Assembly: GCF_963921235.1 (NCBI RefSeq)
Contig: NC_086097.1
Span: 253,706,001-253,770,000 of the forward strand
DNA from: Mobula hypostoma
Lineage: Eukaryota
Length of the DNA stretch: 64,000 nucleotides
Direction of reading: 5' to 3'
Below are positions 1-12,643 of the stretch, piece by piece. Under the pieces are notes generated by a model, which had not been told where the DNA came from, searched no databases, and worked only from the letters and a program-made list of their open reading frames with translations. Within the stretch, counting starts at the first letter, position 1. Every line of letters begins with the position of its first letter. The position numbers and the translations under genes were made by a program.

Positions 1-205
1 GTGTATATCCTGCACCTTCCAAATTGCTTCCAGAAATTCCAGCCATTGCTGCTCTTCCTCAACCAATTCTGGCCAGCTCCTCTCTCACGCCTCTGTAATT
101 CCCTTTACTCCACTGTAATACCGGTTCTCTGACTTTCACTGCTCTTTCTCCAATTTCAGGGAGAATTTGATCATATTATGATCACTTGACTCAAAGAGTT
201 CCTTT
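1..205 (-). mobile_element. CR1 LINE ORF2 fragment (region after the APE domain)
   Basis: Similar by eye to the minus-strand CR1 ORF2 segment at about 55350-55560 (SDHNMI motif region). Confidence 0.6.
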
Positions 206-360
206 ATCTGCTTGGCAAAGATCCTTCTGTTCCCAGGGATGATGTCTTTGGAGCCTCTGCTGGTGTTTCTATCGTGCTGTTGTTTTAAAGGATGGGGTTG
301 CTAGCCCCATGTCCAACCGTCCTCCGTTCACAGCCGGGCTTGTGCGGAGTTAGGTACCCT
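205..360 (-). mobile_element. RTE-5'UTR-like repeat with twister-like remnant
   Basis: Minus strand reads TACCTAACTCCGC-ACAAGCCCGGCTGTGAACGGAGGACGGTTGGACATGGGGCTAGCAACCCCATCC; homologous to 12644-12962. Confidence 0.55.
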
Positions 361-689
361 ACCAGTCGTACTTTGACAGAGTTTAATTTTAATTTCCTGA
401 AAGTTTTGTTCATTCAGCACGAATATTTATAGGGTGTTCATAATTTCACTCCGAACCTACATGAAATGATTAATTCTTGTCAGATATGTTCTGCTTTCTG
501 GATCTATTTAAACTAGAGTAGTGCCAACCAGTTCTGCAAATCTTATGGAGGCAATTACATATGAAGTGGTTTGTGTGATTGATTGCACATTGGGAAAGAT
601 TTTAGGAAAATGATATCAGAACATCACCATGGACAGTCCAGAACCTGGTTGTGAAAGGAGGCGGGTTAGGTATAATTCAACCCCATTAA

Positions 690-954
690 TGTGGCCATAC
701 CTTTCCTGTTTCTCTGCTCCACCCATAAGGACTCAGTAGACAAGCCCTCTAATCTGTCCTACCTGAGCACTGCTGTAATATTTTCCCTAACGAGCAATGC
801 CACTCCCCCACCTTTCATTCCTCTGCCTCGATCACATCTGAAACACCGGAACCCTGGAATATTAAGCTGCCAGTCCTGCCCCTCCTGTAGCCAAGTTTCA
901 CTAATGGCTATAATGTCATAATTCCATGTGTCAATCCACGCCCTCAACTCGTCA
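690..954 (-). mobile_element. CR1 ORF2 APE endonuclease fragment
   Basis: ORF 759-947: DIIAISETWL...GFRCFRCDR...GGGVALLVR, typical APE N-terminal motifs. Confidence 0.85.
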
Positions 955-2427
955 GATGTTTCAGAAAGGACAGGGAGGGAGGCAAAAGAGGTGGGGGCAT
1001 GGCACTGTTGATCAGAGATAATGTCACGACTACAGAAAAGGAGGAAGTCATGGAGGGATTGTCTACGGAGTCTCTGTGGGTGGAAGTTAGAAACATGAAG
1101 GGGTCAATAACTCTACTTGGTGTTTTTTATAGACCACCCAATAGTAACAGGGACATTGAGGAGCAGATAGGGAGACAGATTCTGGAAAGGTGTAATAATA
1201 ACAGGATTGTTGTGGTGGGAGATTTTAATTTCCCAAATATTGATTGGCATCTCCCTAGAGCGAAGGGTTTAGATGGAGTGGAGATTGTTAGATGTATTCA
1301 GGAAGGTTTCCTGACACAATATGTAGATAAGCCTACAAGAGGAGAGGCTGTACTTGATCTGGTATTGGGAAATGAACCTGGTCAGGTGTCAGATCTCTCA
1401 GTGGGAGAGCATCTTGGAGATAGTGATCACAACTCTATCTCCTTTACCATAGCATTGGAGAGAGATAGGAACAGACAAGTTACGGAAGTATTTAATTGGA
1501 ATAAGGGGAAATATGAGGCTATCAGGCAGGAACTTGGAAGCATAAATTGAGAACAGATGTTCTCAGGGAAATGTAGGGCAGAAATGTACAAATGTTCAAG
1601 GGATATTTGCGTGGAGTTTCAATGAGACAGGAAAAGTAAGGTAGGGTACAGGAACCATGGTGTACAAAGGCTGTTGAAAATCTAGTCAAGAAGAAAAGAA
1701 AATCTTGTGATAGGTTCAAAAAATTAGGCAATGATAAAGATCTAGAAGATTATAAGGCCAGTAGGAAGGAGTTTAAGAATAAAATTAGGAGAGCCAGCAG
1801 GGGCCATGAGAAGGCCTTGGTGAGTAGGATTAAGGAAAACCCCAAGGCATTCTACAAGCATGTGAAGAGCAAGAGGATAAGACATAAGACAATAGGACAA
1901 ATCAAGTGTGACAATGGAAAAGTGTGTATGGAACCGAAGGAAATAGCAGACATACTCAATGAATACTTTGCTTCAGTATTCACTACAGAAAAGGATCTTG
2001 GCAATTGTAGGGATGACTTACAGTGGACTGAAAAGCTTGAGCATATAGACATTAAGAAAGAGGATGTGCTGGAGCATTTGGAAAGCATTAAGTTGGAAAA
2101 ATTTCTGGGACTGGTCGAGATGTACCCCAGGCTTCTGTGGGAGAGGAGGGAGAAGATTGCTGAGACTCTGGCGATGGTCTTTGCATCATCAATGGGGACG
2201 GGAGAGGTTCTGCAGGATGGGAGAGTTGCAAATGTTGTTCCCTTCTTCAAGAAAGGGCGTAGGGATATCCCATGAAATTATACACCAGTCAGTCTTGCTT
2301 CAGTGGTTGGTAAGTTGATGGAGAAGATCCTGAGAGGCAGGATTTATGAACATTTGGAGAGGCGTAATATGATTAGGAATAGTCAGCATGGCTTTGTCAA
2401 AGTCAGGTCGTGCCTTACGAGCCTGAT

Positions 2428-2700
2428 GACTTGGCCTCAAGAGGACATGGCTTTAAGGTAAGGGGTGGGAAGTTCAAGGGGGATATTAGAGGAAGGTTTT
2501 TTACTCAGAGAGTGGTTGGTGCATGGAATGCACTGCCTGAGTCAGTAGTAGAGGCAGATACACTAGTGAAGTTTAAAAGACTACTAGACAGGTATGTGGA
2601 GGAATTTAAGGTGGGGGCTTATATGGGAGGCAGGGTTTGAGGGTTGGCACAACATTGTGGGCTGAAGGGCCTGTATTGTGCTGTACTATTCTATGTTCTA
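2428..2700 (+). mobile_element. Nested CR1 3'-end fragment
   Basis: Nearly identical to 25060-25330; interrupts the host RT coding region (CLTSL|IEFFED). Confidence 0.85.
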
Positions 2701-3157
2701 TGATTGAATTTTTTGAGGATGAGACTAAACACATTGATGAAGGAAGAGCAGTAGATGTAGTGTATATGGATTTAACAAGGCATCTGATAAGGCACCCCAT
2801 GCAAGGCTTATTGAGAAAGTAAGGAGGCTCAGGATCCAAGGGGACATTGCTTTGTGGATCCAGAACTGGCTTGCCCACAGAAGGCAAAGAGTGGTTGTAG
2901 ACAGGTCATATTCTGCATGGAGGCCGGTGACCAGTGATGTGTCTCAGAGATCTGTTCTGGGACCCCTTCTCTTCATGATTTTTATAAATGACCTGGATGA
3001 GGAAGTGGAGGGGTGGGTTAGTAAATTTGCTGATAACACAAAGGTTGGGAGTGTTGTGGATCGTGTGGAGGGCTGTCAGAGGTTACAGCGGGACATCGAT
3101 AGGATGCAAAACTGGGCTGAGAAGTGGCAGATGGATTTCAACACAGGCAAGTGTGAG

Positions 3158-3378
3158 TTAGAGGGTGGTAAATCTGTGGAATTTGTTGCTACGAGTGGCT
3201 GTGGAGGCCAAGTCATTGGGTGTATTTAAGGCCGAGATAGATAGGTTCTTGATTAGCCAGGGCATCAAAGGATATGGGGTGAAGGCAGGGGAGTGGGGAT
3301 GACTGGAAGAATTGGATCAGCCCATGATTGAATGGCAGAGCAGACTCGATGGGCTGAATGGCCATATCTTATGGTCTT
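3158..3378 (+). mobile_element. Nested CR1 3'-end fragment with 9-bp TSD
   Basis: Flanked by AAGTGTGAG at 3149-3157 and 3379-3387. Confidence 0.85.
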
Positions 3379-4296
3379 AAGTGTGAGGTGGTTCATTTTG
3401 GTAGGTCAAATATGATGGCAGAATATAGCATTAATGGTAAGACCCTTGGCAGTGTGGAGGATCAGAGGGATCTTGGGGTTCGAGTCCATAGGACACTCAA
3501 AGCTGCTGCACAGGTTGACTCTGTGGTTAAGAAGGCATACGGTGCATTGGCCTTCATCAATTGTGGAATTGAGTTTAGGAGCCGAGAGGTAATGTTGCAG
3601 CTATATAGGACCATGGTCAGACCCCACTTGGAGTACTGTGCTCAGTTCTGGTCGCCTCACTACAGGAAGGATGTGGAAACCACAGAAAGGGTGCAGAGGA
3701 GATTTACAAGGATGTTGCCTGGATTGGGGAGCATGTCTTATGAGAATAGGTTGAGTGAACTCGGCCTTTTCTCCTTGGAGCGACGGAGGATGAGAGGTGA
3801 CCTGATAGAGGTGTATAAGGTAATGAGAGGCATTGATCGTGTGGATAGTCAGAGGATTTTTCCCAAGGCTGAAATGGCTAGCACAAGAGGGCACAGTTTT
3901 AAGGTGCTTGGAAGTAGGTACAGAGGAGATGTCAGGGGTAAGTCTTTTATGCAGAGAGTGGTGAGTGTGTGGAATGGGCTGCCGGCAACGGTGGTGGAGG
4001 CAGATACGATAGGGTCTTTTAAAAGAATCCTGGACAGGTACATGGAGCTCAGAAAAATAGAGGGCTTTGGGTAACCCTAGGTAATTTCTAACGTAAGTAC
4101 ATGTTCGGCACAGCTTTGTGGGCTGAAGGGCCTGTATTGTGCTGTAGGTTTTCTATGTTTCTATGTTCTATTCATTTTTGTTTTTATAATTTGTCTTTTG
4201 AACATCAGTTGCTTGTCATTCTTTGTCTATGATGTAGTTTTTTTTGTAAGTTCTATTAAATTTGTTTATTTTTCCCTCTAAATAGCTGCAAGAAAG

Positions 4297-4590
4297 GGGC
4301 GCGGCATGGCAGTGCAGTGGCTAGCATAATGCTTTGCGGTCCCGGTGACGCAGGTTCAATTCCCGCCAATGCCCACAAGGAGTTTGTAGGTTCAGCCCAT
4401 GACCGCGTGGGTTTCTTCCGGGTGCCATAGGTTCCCCTGCAGTCCAATGGCATGTTGGCTAGTACCTTAATTGGTCATTGTGAGTTATTCTGTGATTAGG
4501 CTCGGGTTCAATTGGTGGGGCGGAGGCTCGAGGGGGCTAGAGGGGCCTGTTGTGTGATGTATCACTTACTAATTAAATAAATAAATGAAA
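4297..4590 (+). mobile_element. tRNA-derived V-SINE (HE1-like)
   Basis: A-box-like TGGCAGTGCAGTGG, B-box GGTTCAATTCC, central V-domain CGCGTGGGTTTCTTCCGGGTGC, (TAAA)n tail. Confidence 0.75.
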
Positions 4591-4664
4591 AGTGACTCGT
4601 CTATCCGTCATTTCTGCCTCTCTGTCTCAATAACTTCTGAGGTGAGAACAATTTATTCAGACTA

Positions 4665-5015
4665 ACTCTCGAGGTAAAATATACAAGATTCTGAGGGGTA
4701 TAGAGAGGGTAAATGCAAACAGGCTTTTTCCACTGGGGTTGGGTGGGACTTCAACCAGTCATGGGTTAAGGGTGAAAGGTACGAGGGGAAACTTCTTCAC
4801 TCAGAGAGTACTGAGTGTGGAATGAGTGGCCAGCACAAGTGATGGATGCGGGTTCAATATCAACGTTTAAAAGAAATTTCGACAGGTATGTGGACGGGAG
4901 GGGTATGGAAGGCAATGGTTCCAGTGCAGGTCAATGGGAGTAGGCAGTTTAAATGGTTCAGTATAGACTAGATGGGCCAAGAGGTCTGCTTCTGTGCTGT
5001 ACTTTTCTATGACTC
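4665..5015 (+). mobile_element. CR1 3'-end fragment
   Basis: Contains the NFFTQR-encoding segment and the GGGCC.A.GG.CTG.TTCTGTGCTGTA 3' UTR motif. Confidence 0.7.
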
Positions 5016-5463
5016 TATTATTCTATGATTATTTCATTTTCCATTACACTTCTGTACAGGAAATGACATTAAACAAACGTGATTCTCAAATCTTAAACAT
5101 TAAACAATCTTGAGATCATGGAGCCCCTTTTATACACTGAGCTGAATTTAGAAAATGTTTGATTCTTTGCTGACGACTGTGTAACCATTAAAGTTCCTGT
5201 CAATAAAACTGAGCACAGTGTCTGTTTTTGTGTATGTTGATGGCAGCAGTGTGTGCAGCCTGGACAGTGCCTTATTCATGCCAGCTGAGGACTGCACATT
5301 GTTTGCCACCCAGGCAACCTAGCGAAGTCAGGGCACCAAGCGAAAGGTAAAGCAAAAATAAAATTAAAATAAGAAATGGAGCAGAAATGCACAATAAAGG
5401 GACTTATGCAGGGAAACAAAGTTCCATGTTGAGGAATAGATTTCCTTCAAAGTGTCATCTCAG

Positions 5464-6338
5464 GTGACTTGGATAGGTTGGGTGAGTGGGCAAACTCATG
5501 GCAGATGCAATTTAATGTGGATAAATGTGAAGTTATCCACTTTGGTGGCAAAAATAGGAAAACAGATTATTATCTGAATGGTGGCTGATTAGGAAAAGGG
5601 GAGGTGCAACGAGACCTGGGTGTCATTATACACCAGTCATTGAAAGTGGGCATGCAGGTACAGCAGGCGGTGAAAAAGGCAAATGGTATGCTGGCATTTA
5701 TAGCGAGAGGATTCGAGTACAGGAGCAGGGAGGTACTACTGCAGTTGTACAAGGCCTTGGTGAGACCACACCTGGAGTATTGTGTGCAGTTTTGGTCCCC
5801 TAATCTGAGGAAAGACATCTTTGCCATAGAGGGAGTACAAAGAAGGTTCACCAGATTGATCCCTGGGATGGCAGGACTTTCATATGAAGAAAGACTGGAT
5901 GAACTGGGCTTGTACTCGTTGGAATTTAGAAGATGGAGGGGGGGTCTGATTGAAACGTATAAGATCCTAAAGGGATTGGACAGGCTGGATGCAGGAAGAT
6001 TGTTCCCGATGTTGGGGAAGTCCAGAATGAGGGGTCACAGTTTGAGGATAGAGGGGAAGCCTTTTAGGACCGAGATTAGGAAAAACTTCTTCACACAGAG
6101 AGTGGTGAATCTGTGGAATTCTCTGCCACAGGAAACTGTTGAGGCCAGTTCATTGGCTATGTTTAAGAGGGAGTTAGATATGGCCCTTGTGGCTACAGGG
6201 GTCAGGGGGTATGGAGGGAAGGCTGGGGTGGGGTTCTGAGTTGGATGATCAGCCATGATCATAATAAATGGCGGTGCAGGCTCGAAGGGCCGAATGGCCT
6301 ACTCCTGCACCTATTTTCTATGTTTCTATGTTTCTATG
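5464..6338 (+). mobile_element. CR1 3' fragment (ORF2 C-terminus + 3' UTR)
   Basis: ORF 5604-6239 with RDLGV, VRPHLEYCVQFWSP and FFTQRVVNLWN; (TTTCTATG)3 tail. Confidence 0.92.
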
Positions 6339-6339
6339 T

Positions 6340-7105
6340 TAACAGGGTTGTAAAGGAAGCTTTTGGCCTTCATAAATCAATGTACTGAGTACAGGAGATG
6401 GGATGTTACAGTGATGTTGTATAAAATGTTGGTGAGTCATAATTTGGAGTATTGTGTGCAGTTTTGGTCACCTACCAAAAGGAAAGATACCAATCAGATT
6501 GAAAGAGTGCAGAGAAAACTGACAAGGATGTTGCTGGGACTTGAGGACCTGAGTTATGGGGAAGGTTTAATAGGCTAGGATTTTATTCCCTGGAGAGTGG
6601 GAGAATGAGTGGAGATTTATTAGAGGTGAACAGAATTATGAGGGGCATAGATAGGGTAAATGCAAGCAGGTTTTTCCACTGAGGTTGGCTGGGACTAGAT
6701 GTAGATGTCATGGGTTAAGGGGAACATCAGTGGGAACTTCACTCAGAGAGAGAGCTGCTGGTAAAGGTGGTAGATTAAGAGAAGTTTGGATAGGCACATG
6801 GATGGGAGGGCATGGTTCAGCTGCGGGTCAATGGGACTAAAGGGCACAGACTCGGAATTGAGGGACATCCACTTAGAACAGAGATGAGGAAGAATTTCTT
6901 TTAACTAGAGTGGTGAACCTGTGGAGTTCATTGTCACAGGCAGCTGTTGAGGCCACGTCATTGGGTACACTTAAGATGAAGGTTGATAGAGTCTTGATAA
7001 GCCAGGGTGTGAAAGGTTACAGTGAGAAGGAAGGAGAATAGGGTTGAGAGGGACTCAATGAGCCAAATGGCCTAATTCTGCTCCAGTCTCTTCTGGTCTT
7101 ATGGA
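6340..7105 (+). mobile_element. Older degraded CR1 3' fragments
   Basis: NLEYCVQFWSP in ORF 6363-6578; two CR1-type 3' ends follow. Confidence 0.75.
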
Positions 7106-7142
7106 CCAGGCAGGGTAACTGTTTGGCACAGAGAGGATGAGT

Positions 7143-7413
7143 TCGAAATACAAAGGAGATATATTTTCTAAGTGCAGTTTAGTTTGAAGTGACCACTGTC
7201 CTTATCTGCTGACTTAGCGTAGTTGGAGATTCTTGCCATATCATCAGTTGATGGTGATTGCTGTATTGGACAAATTCCCAAAACAGAATTCCCTTGCTTT
7301 TTTTGTATCAACTAGAGCAGGTGGCCAAGCAAATGACATCACAGAGACTGAGTAACATTCTCACTGTTTGGCTTTTCTAATCCCTTCCTTCCCAGTGACT
7401 AACTAAATTTAAG
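7143..7413. repeat. Unclassified dispersed repeat, copy 1
   Basis: Aligns by eye with 39600-39878 (e.g. GTGACCACTGTCCTTATCTGCTGACTTAG and TATTGGACAAATTCCCAAAACAGAAT). Confidence 0.8.
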
Positions 7414-7549
7414 AGAGTAGACCGTGCCTTTGGCTGTAGGATCAAACATTATTTCACCAATTCCCTCGTGGATTAAATTTACTTTGAACTTTGAACTGTA
7501 TTGAAAGCAAAGGATTGGGCATTCAGGAGAGATGGTATGGTACGGCAAA

Positions 7550-8965
7550 ACCATAGGACCTTCAGATAAATGAGCAGAATAAGGCCATTTGGCCCATTGA
7601 GTCTGCTCCGCCATTTTAACATGGCTGAACTATTTCCCTCTCAGCCCCAATCTCCTGCCTTCTTCCCCTATCATAAGACATAGGAGCAGAATTAGGCCAT
7701 TCAGCCCATCGAGTCTGCTCCTCCATTTCATCATGGCTGATCCCGGATCCCTCTCAACCCCATACACCTGCCTTCTTGCCATATCCTTTGATGCCCTGAC
7801 CAATCAGGAAATGATCAACTTCCACCTTAAATATACCCACAGACTTGGCCTCCACTGCAGACTGAGGCAGAGCATTCCACAGATTTACTACTCTCTGGCT
7901 ACAAAAAAATTCCTCTTCATCTCTGTTCTAAAGGGTTGCCCCTCAATTTTGAGGCTGTGCCCTCTAGTTCTGGATACCCCCACCATAGGAAACATCCTGT
8001 CCACTTCCACCCTATCTTGTCCTTTCAACATTCGGTAGATTTCAATGTGATCCCCCTGTATTCTTCTAAATTCCAGTGAGTGGAAATTCCAGTGGATAGC
8101 CAGCGTCTTTTCCTCAGGGTCATCCATGTAAGGTAATGGAGTAAGTGTACGGTAGTGGAGTAAAGTTAAGGTAAGTTCAAAGGAGATGTGTGCATCAAAT
8201 TTTTTTTGTTACACAGAGTGTGGTAGGTGCATGGAATACATTGTCAGGGATTGTGATTGAAACAGGCATTTAAGAGGTTCATAGATTGGCACACGAATAT
8301 GTAGAGAATGGCAGGATGTGGACCATGTGCAGACAAAAGACATTAAGTATAATTAACCGCACAACATTGTGGGCTAAAGGGCTTGGTCCTCTGCTGTCTT
8401 GTTCTATTTTCTGACCAGTCAAGAATCTACCAACCTCTGCCTTAAATATACCCAATGACTTGGCCTCCATAGCCACCTGTGGCAACAAATTCCATAGATT
8501 CACCACCCTCTAGCTAAAGAAATGCTTCTTCATAACTATTCTAAATGCACGTCCCTCTATTATGAGGCTCTGTTCTCTGGTCCAAGACTCCTCCACTATA
8601 GGAAACATCCTCTCCATATCTACTCTATCTAGGCCTTTCAATATTCGATAGGTTTCACTAAGATCCCCTTATTCTTCTGAATTGCAGTGGGGAGGAGACT
8701 GGAGCCGTCAACCACTCCTCATATGATAACCCTTTCAATCCCGGAAACATTCTTGAGAGCATCTTCTGAACCCTCTCCAATGTCAACACATCTTTTCTTA
8801 AATGCGGGCCCAAAACTGCTCACAATACTCCAAGTGAGGCCTTATCAGTGTGTTATAAAGCCTCAACATTACGTCCTTGCTTTTATATTCTAGTCCTCTT
8901 GAAATTAATGCTAACATTGTATTTGCCTTCCTCACCACCGACCCTGCCTGCCTGCAAACTAACCT
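7550..8965 (-). mobile_element. Cluster of mostly minus-strand CR1 3' fragments
   Basis: Repeated CATAGGAGCAGAATTAGGCCATT reverse tails; ORFs 7888-8127 and 8279-8506 encode CR1 C-terminal motifs. Confidence 0.8.
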
Positions 8966-9265
8966 TGGTAGAAGGCCTGGTACCCATCATCCTGGGCACC
9001 CCCCATCCAGGCCATGCCCTCTTCTCGCTGCTGTACGCTAGGTGGCACGGTAGTGTACGGGGTTAACAGTGTGAGTGATTAGCAATTTCTGCCGCTATAT
9101 GCAAGGAGCCCACCAGCTCTTCCTGCGACAGCGTGGGCCTCCTTTAGGTGCACTGACTAGATGGGCTGAAGGGCCCGTTTCTGTGCTGTAGTGTTCTATG
9201 TCTCTATGTCTCTATTACTAGTAATTGTCAGATTTTGAAGGGGGCACTTGGGATGGAAGTCTCTC

Positions 9266-9503
9266 CTCTGCTACGATATTAGACGGTGACACGACCTTTC
9301 CATATTGTGAATAAAGAACAAGCAACCTGACTCCTTATGGTTGTTAGAGCCGGGAGTGGTAGTAATGATAATAGTAGTAATGGAAGATGTCCCCTCTGCT
9401 ATGATGTTAGATGGTGACATGACCTTTCCACTGCATTGTAAATAAAGAACTAGCAACTTGATTCGTTAAGGTTGTTAGAGCTGGGAGTGGTAGTAATGAT
9501 AAG
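9266..9503. repeat. Diverged tandem duplication, about 130-bp period
   Basis: TCTGCTAYGATRTTAGAYGGTGACAYGACCTTTCCA...GGGAGTGGTAGTAATGATAA occurs twice. Confidence 0.8.
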
Positions 9504-10035
9504 CTCCACTACCTATTAAATGCTGCCAATGTGTGTGGCTGAAATAGCCTCTGATCACCAAGTCCACCTCCTGGCCTTCATGTGTCCACTTGGCTACTAA
9601 ACCTGGCGGAACTGTTCCTACTGACAGGAGAAGGGGCAAAGCAGGTTACTGGCACCTTAAAACCAGTCGCTTCAGGCAGGTGGATCTTGTCAGCCACGGT
9701 TGGCAGCTCAGCTAGGAGAAGGAAGGTTCTGATCTCAAAGCTCTGCTGCCCTGTGGCTATACGCACTCATGGGGAAGGCTTTGGGAGTAAATCGCAAGGG
9801 AAAATCCAGGGCTGGAGTCCCTAAGCCAGTCCACCGTGGAGATCAATGCTGGCTGGCACCTCCAGAGATGCCACTGCTGCCAAACTGTATTGATCTCTGG
9901 ATTTATTGGCCGCGTGCAGTGGAGGAGCCTTGCTATATGTGCAGAAGCTTGCTCGCTGTATCTTACTGACAAAGCCTGTGTACTGCTTGTGCATCATGCA
10001 GACAGCCAGGTTGCCCCATCCATTCGACCTCGACT
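9470..10035 (+). mobile_element. RTE-5'UTR-like non-coding repeat
   Basis: GGCAGCTCAGCTAGGAGAAGGAAGGTTCTGATCTCAAAGC motif resembles RTE 5' UTRs; loosely similar to 32725-32830. Confidence 0.45.
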
Positions 10036-10669
10036 AACGGAGGGCCTCGTGTGAGTCCTTCTACCAGCCAGCTTACCATCCCAGGCTCTTCAATGGGGCT
10101 TCTAGACCCAGCGCAAAACTCAGTCAATGGAACTATCCCATTTCGAGCTGGGCTTTCAAGGGAGGAATGTTTAAGTAGGATTCAAGAATACTGAGTTTGT
10201 TGAAGAAGTCAAAGGCACATCGATTGCAACTCTGAGCCCAACGGAGGCTCAAGGTGAGCTGTCCTGATTAGTTGTGGTCTGTGTTGTGTCGAGCATTGTG
10301 GGCTGGCACTTGTCTGCTGCCATCTGCACATCGTTGTAACACAAATGACACATTTCACCGTAGGTTTTGATGTACGTATGGTAAATTAATGTGAAACTGA
10401 GTGAAGTCACTATTGATTAGTTAAGTAAGGCAAAATGTACGAGTATCACCTTGTCACGTGTGACACTGGTGCTTACGAAAACATTACCTATTAATCAGGT
10501 CTTGAGCTCTTGTGTGTAGTCAAAGCAAATATAGGGATCATTCCTATGTCAGCAAAATTATTTTACTGCAAAATGTAAAACAACGGGTTTATTTTCAAAC
10601 GTGCCCCTGCAGTATTTTTTCATATTGAGTTCATTAAATATCTGTTGTTCTTTTTACTAAACCGAATAG

Positions 10670-12640
10670 CATGAATGGCAGCAATGCTTCACTACCAGAT
10701 GAACTCAATGCCTTCTATTCCCGCTTTGAGAGGGAGAAGATGTGAAGATCCCTGCTGCACCTGATGACCCATTCGTCTCAGAGACCAATGTTAGGGTGAC
10801 TTAAAAGAGTGAACCCTTGCAAGGCGGAATGTCCCAATGGAGTACCTGGTAAGGCTCTGAAAATCTGTGCCAACCAACTGGTGGGAGTATTCAAGGACAT
10901 TTTCAAATTCTCACTGCTTCAGGCAGAAGTTCTCACTTGCTTCAAAAAGGCAACAATTACACCAGTGCGTAAGAAGAATAACGTGATCTGCCTTAATGAC
11001 TATCACCCGGTAGCATTCACATCGACAGTGATAAAATGCTTTGAGAGGTTGGTCATGACGAGAATGAACTCCTGCTTCAGCAAGGATCTGGACCCATTGC
11101 AATTTGCCTATCACCACAATAGGTCAATGGCAGATGCAATCTCAGTGGCTCTCGACCACCTGGACAACACAAACATCTATGTAAGGATGCTGTTCGTCGA
11201 ATATAGCTCAGCATTTAATACCATTGTCCCACAATCCTGATTGAGAAGTTACAGAACCTCCTCCTGCAATTGAATCCTTGACTTCCTTGGACAGGTACAT
11301 GGATGGGAGGTGTATGGAGGGATATGGTCCGTGTGCAGGTCAGTGGGACTAGGCAGAAAATGGCTCGGCACAGCCAAGAAGGGCCAAAAGGCCTGTTTCT
11401 GTGCTGTAGTTCTCTATGGTTCTATGGTTGGTTCCTAACCAGAAGATAACAATTTGTGCGGATTGGTGGTAACATCTCCTCCTTGCTGACGATCAACGCT
11501 GGCACACCTCAGGGGTGTGTGCTTAGCCCACTGTTCTACTCTCTATATATCCATGACTGTGTGGCTAGACATAGCTCAAATACCATTTATAAATTTCCTG
11601 ACAATACAACCATTGTTGGTAGAATCTCAGGTGGTGATGAGAGGGTGTACAGGAGTGAGATATGCCAACTAGTGGAGTGGTGCCGCAGCAACAACCTGGC
11701 ACTCAATGTCAGTAAGACAAAAGAGCTGATTGTGGACTTCAGGAAGGGTAAGATGAAGGAACACATACCAATCCTCATAGGGGGATCAGAAGTGAAGAGA
11801 GTGACACTCACAACACGCTGGAGGAACTCAGCAGGTCAGGCAGTATCCGTGGAAAAGATCGGTCGATGTTTTGGGCCGGAATCCTTCGTCAGGACTGTAG
11901 GGGGAAGGGGCAGAGGCCAGAGAGTGAACAGCTTCAAGTTCCTGGGTGTCAAGATCTCTGAGGATCTAATCTGGTCTCAACACATTGATGCAGTTATAAA
12001 GAAGGCAAGACAGCGGCTATACTTTATTAGGAGTTTGAAGAGATTTGGTATGTCAACAAATACACTCAAAAACTTCTATTGATGTACTGTGGGGAGCATT
12101 CTGACAGGCTGCATCACTGTCTGGTATGGAGGGGCTACTGCACAGGACCGAAGGAAGCTGCAGAGGGTTGTAAATCTAGTCAGCTCCATCTTGGGTACGA
12201 GCCTACAAAGTACCTAGGACATCTCCAAGGGAGCGGTGTCTCAGAAAGGCAGCATCCATTATTAAGGACCTCCAGCACCCAGGGCATGCCCTTTTCTCAC
12301 TGTTACCATCAGGTAGGGGGTACAGAAGCCTGAAGGCACACACTCAGCGATTCAGGAACAGCTTCTTCCCCTCTGCCATCCAATTCCTAAATGGACATTG
12401 AACCTTTGGACACTACCTTGCTTTTTATTTATTATGTAGTATTTCTGTTTTTTTCATTATTTTTTATCTATTCAATATATGCATACTGTATAAAGTATAT
12501 TGAGTAAGATTTACTTATTTATTATTATTATTATTTTATTTTTTTTCCTCTATATTATGTATTGCATTGAAATGCTGCTACTAAGTTAACAAGTTTCACA
12601 TCACATGCCGGTGATAATAAACATTCTGGTTCTGATTTCG
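10670..12640 (+). mobile_element. Rex1/Babar-type LINE, 5'-truncated, disrupted
   Basis: KA.CPNGVPG, CLNDYHPVA, DPLQFAY..NRS, GTPQGCVLSPL, KFPDN (degenerate FADD), WC..NNLALNVSKTKELIVDFRK; 3' GATAATAAA..(TCTGAT)n tail; nested CR1 tail at about 11288-11428. Confidence 0.85.
11805..11918 (-). mobile_element. Short PLE-derived, hammerhead-bearing insertion with 9-bp TSD
   Basis: TSD AGAGAGTGA at 11796-11804 and 11919-11927; minus strand AGTCCTGACGAAGGATTCCGGCCCAAAACATCGACC is a decayed hammerhead core. Confidence 0.8.
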
Positions 12641-12643
12641 ATT

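Larger units (their letters stand above)
955..4170 (+). mobile_element. 5'-truncated CR1 LINE (ORF2 APE-RT, disrupted) with 3' UTR and (TTTCTATG)n tail
   Basis: APE motifs YRPP, VVGDFN and SDHN (999-1550); RT motifs [10 protein letters not shown] and KFADN (2852-3229); C-terminal VRPHLEYC...WSPHYRKD (3358-4074); broken by stops, frameshifts and two nested insertions. Confidence 0.93.

Noticed and set aside
4297..4375. tRNA gene
   Set aside because: A/B boxes are present, but there is no cloverleaf and the sequence runs into a V-SINE body.
7260..7356. FVSTRAGG resembling an SNF2 helicase motif
   Set aside because: A stop follows shortly, and the second copy has a different T-run length that shifts the frame.
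5250..10253. Possible exons ending at 5346 (AAG|GTAAAG) and 10253 (AAG|GTGAGC)
   Set aside because: The donors look good, but the acceptors are weak and there is no recognisable peptide.
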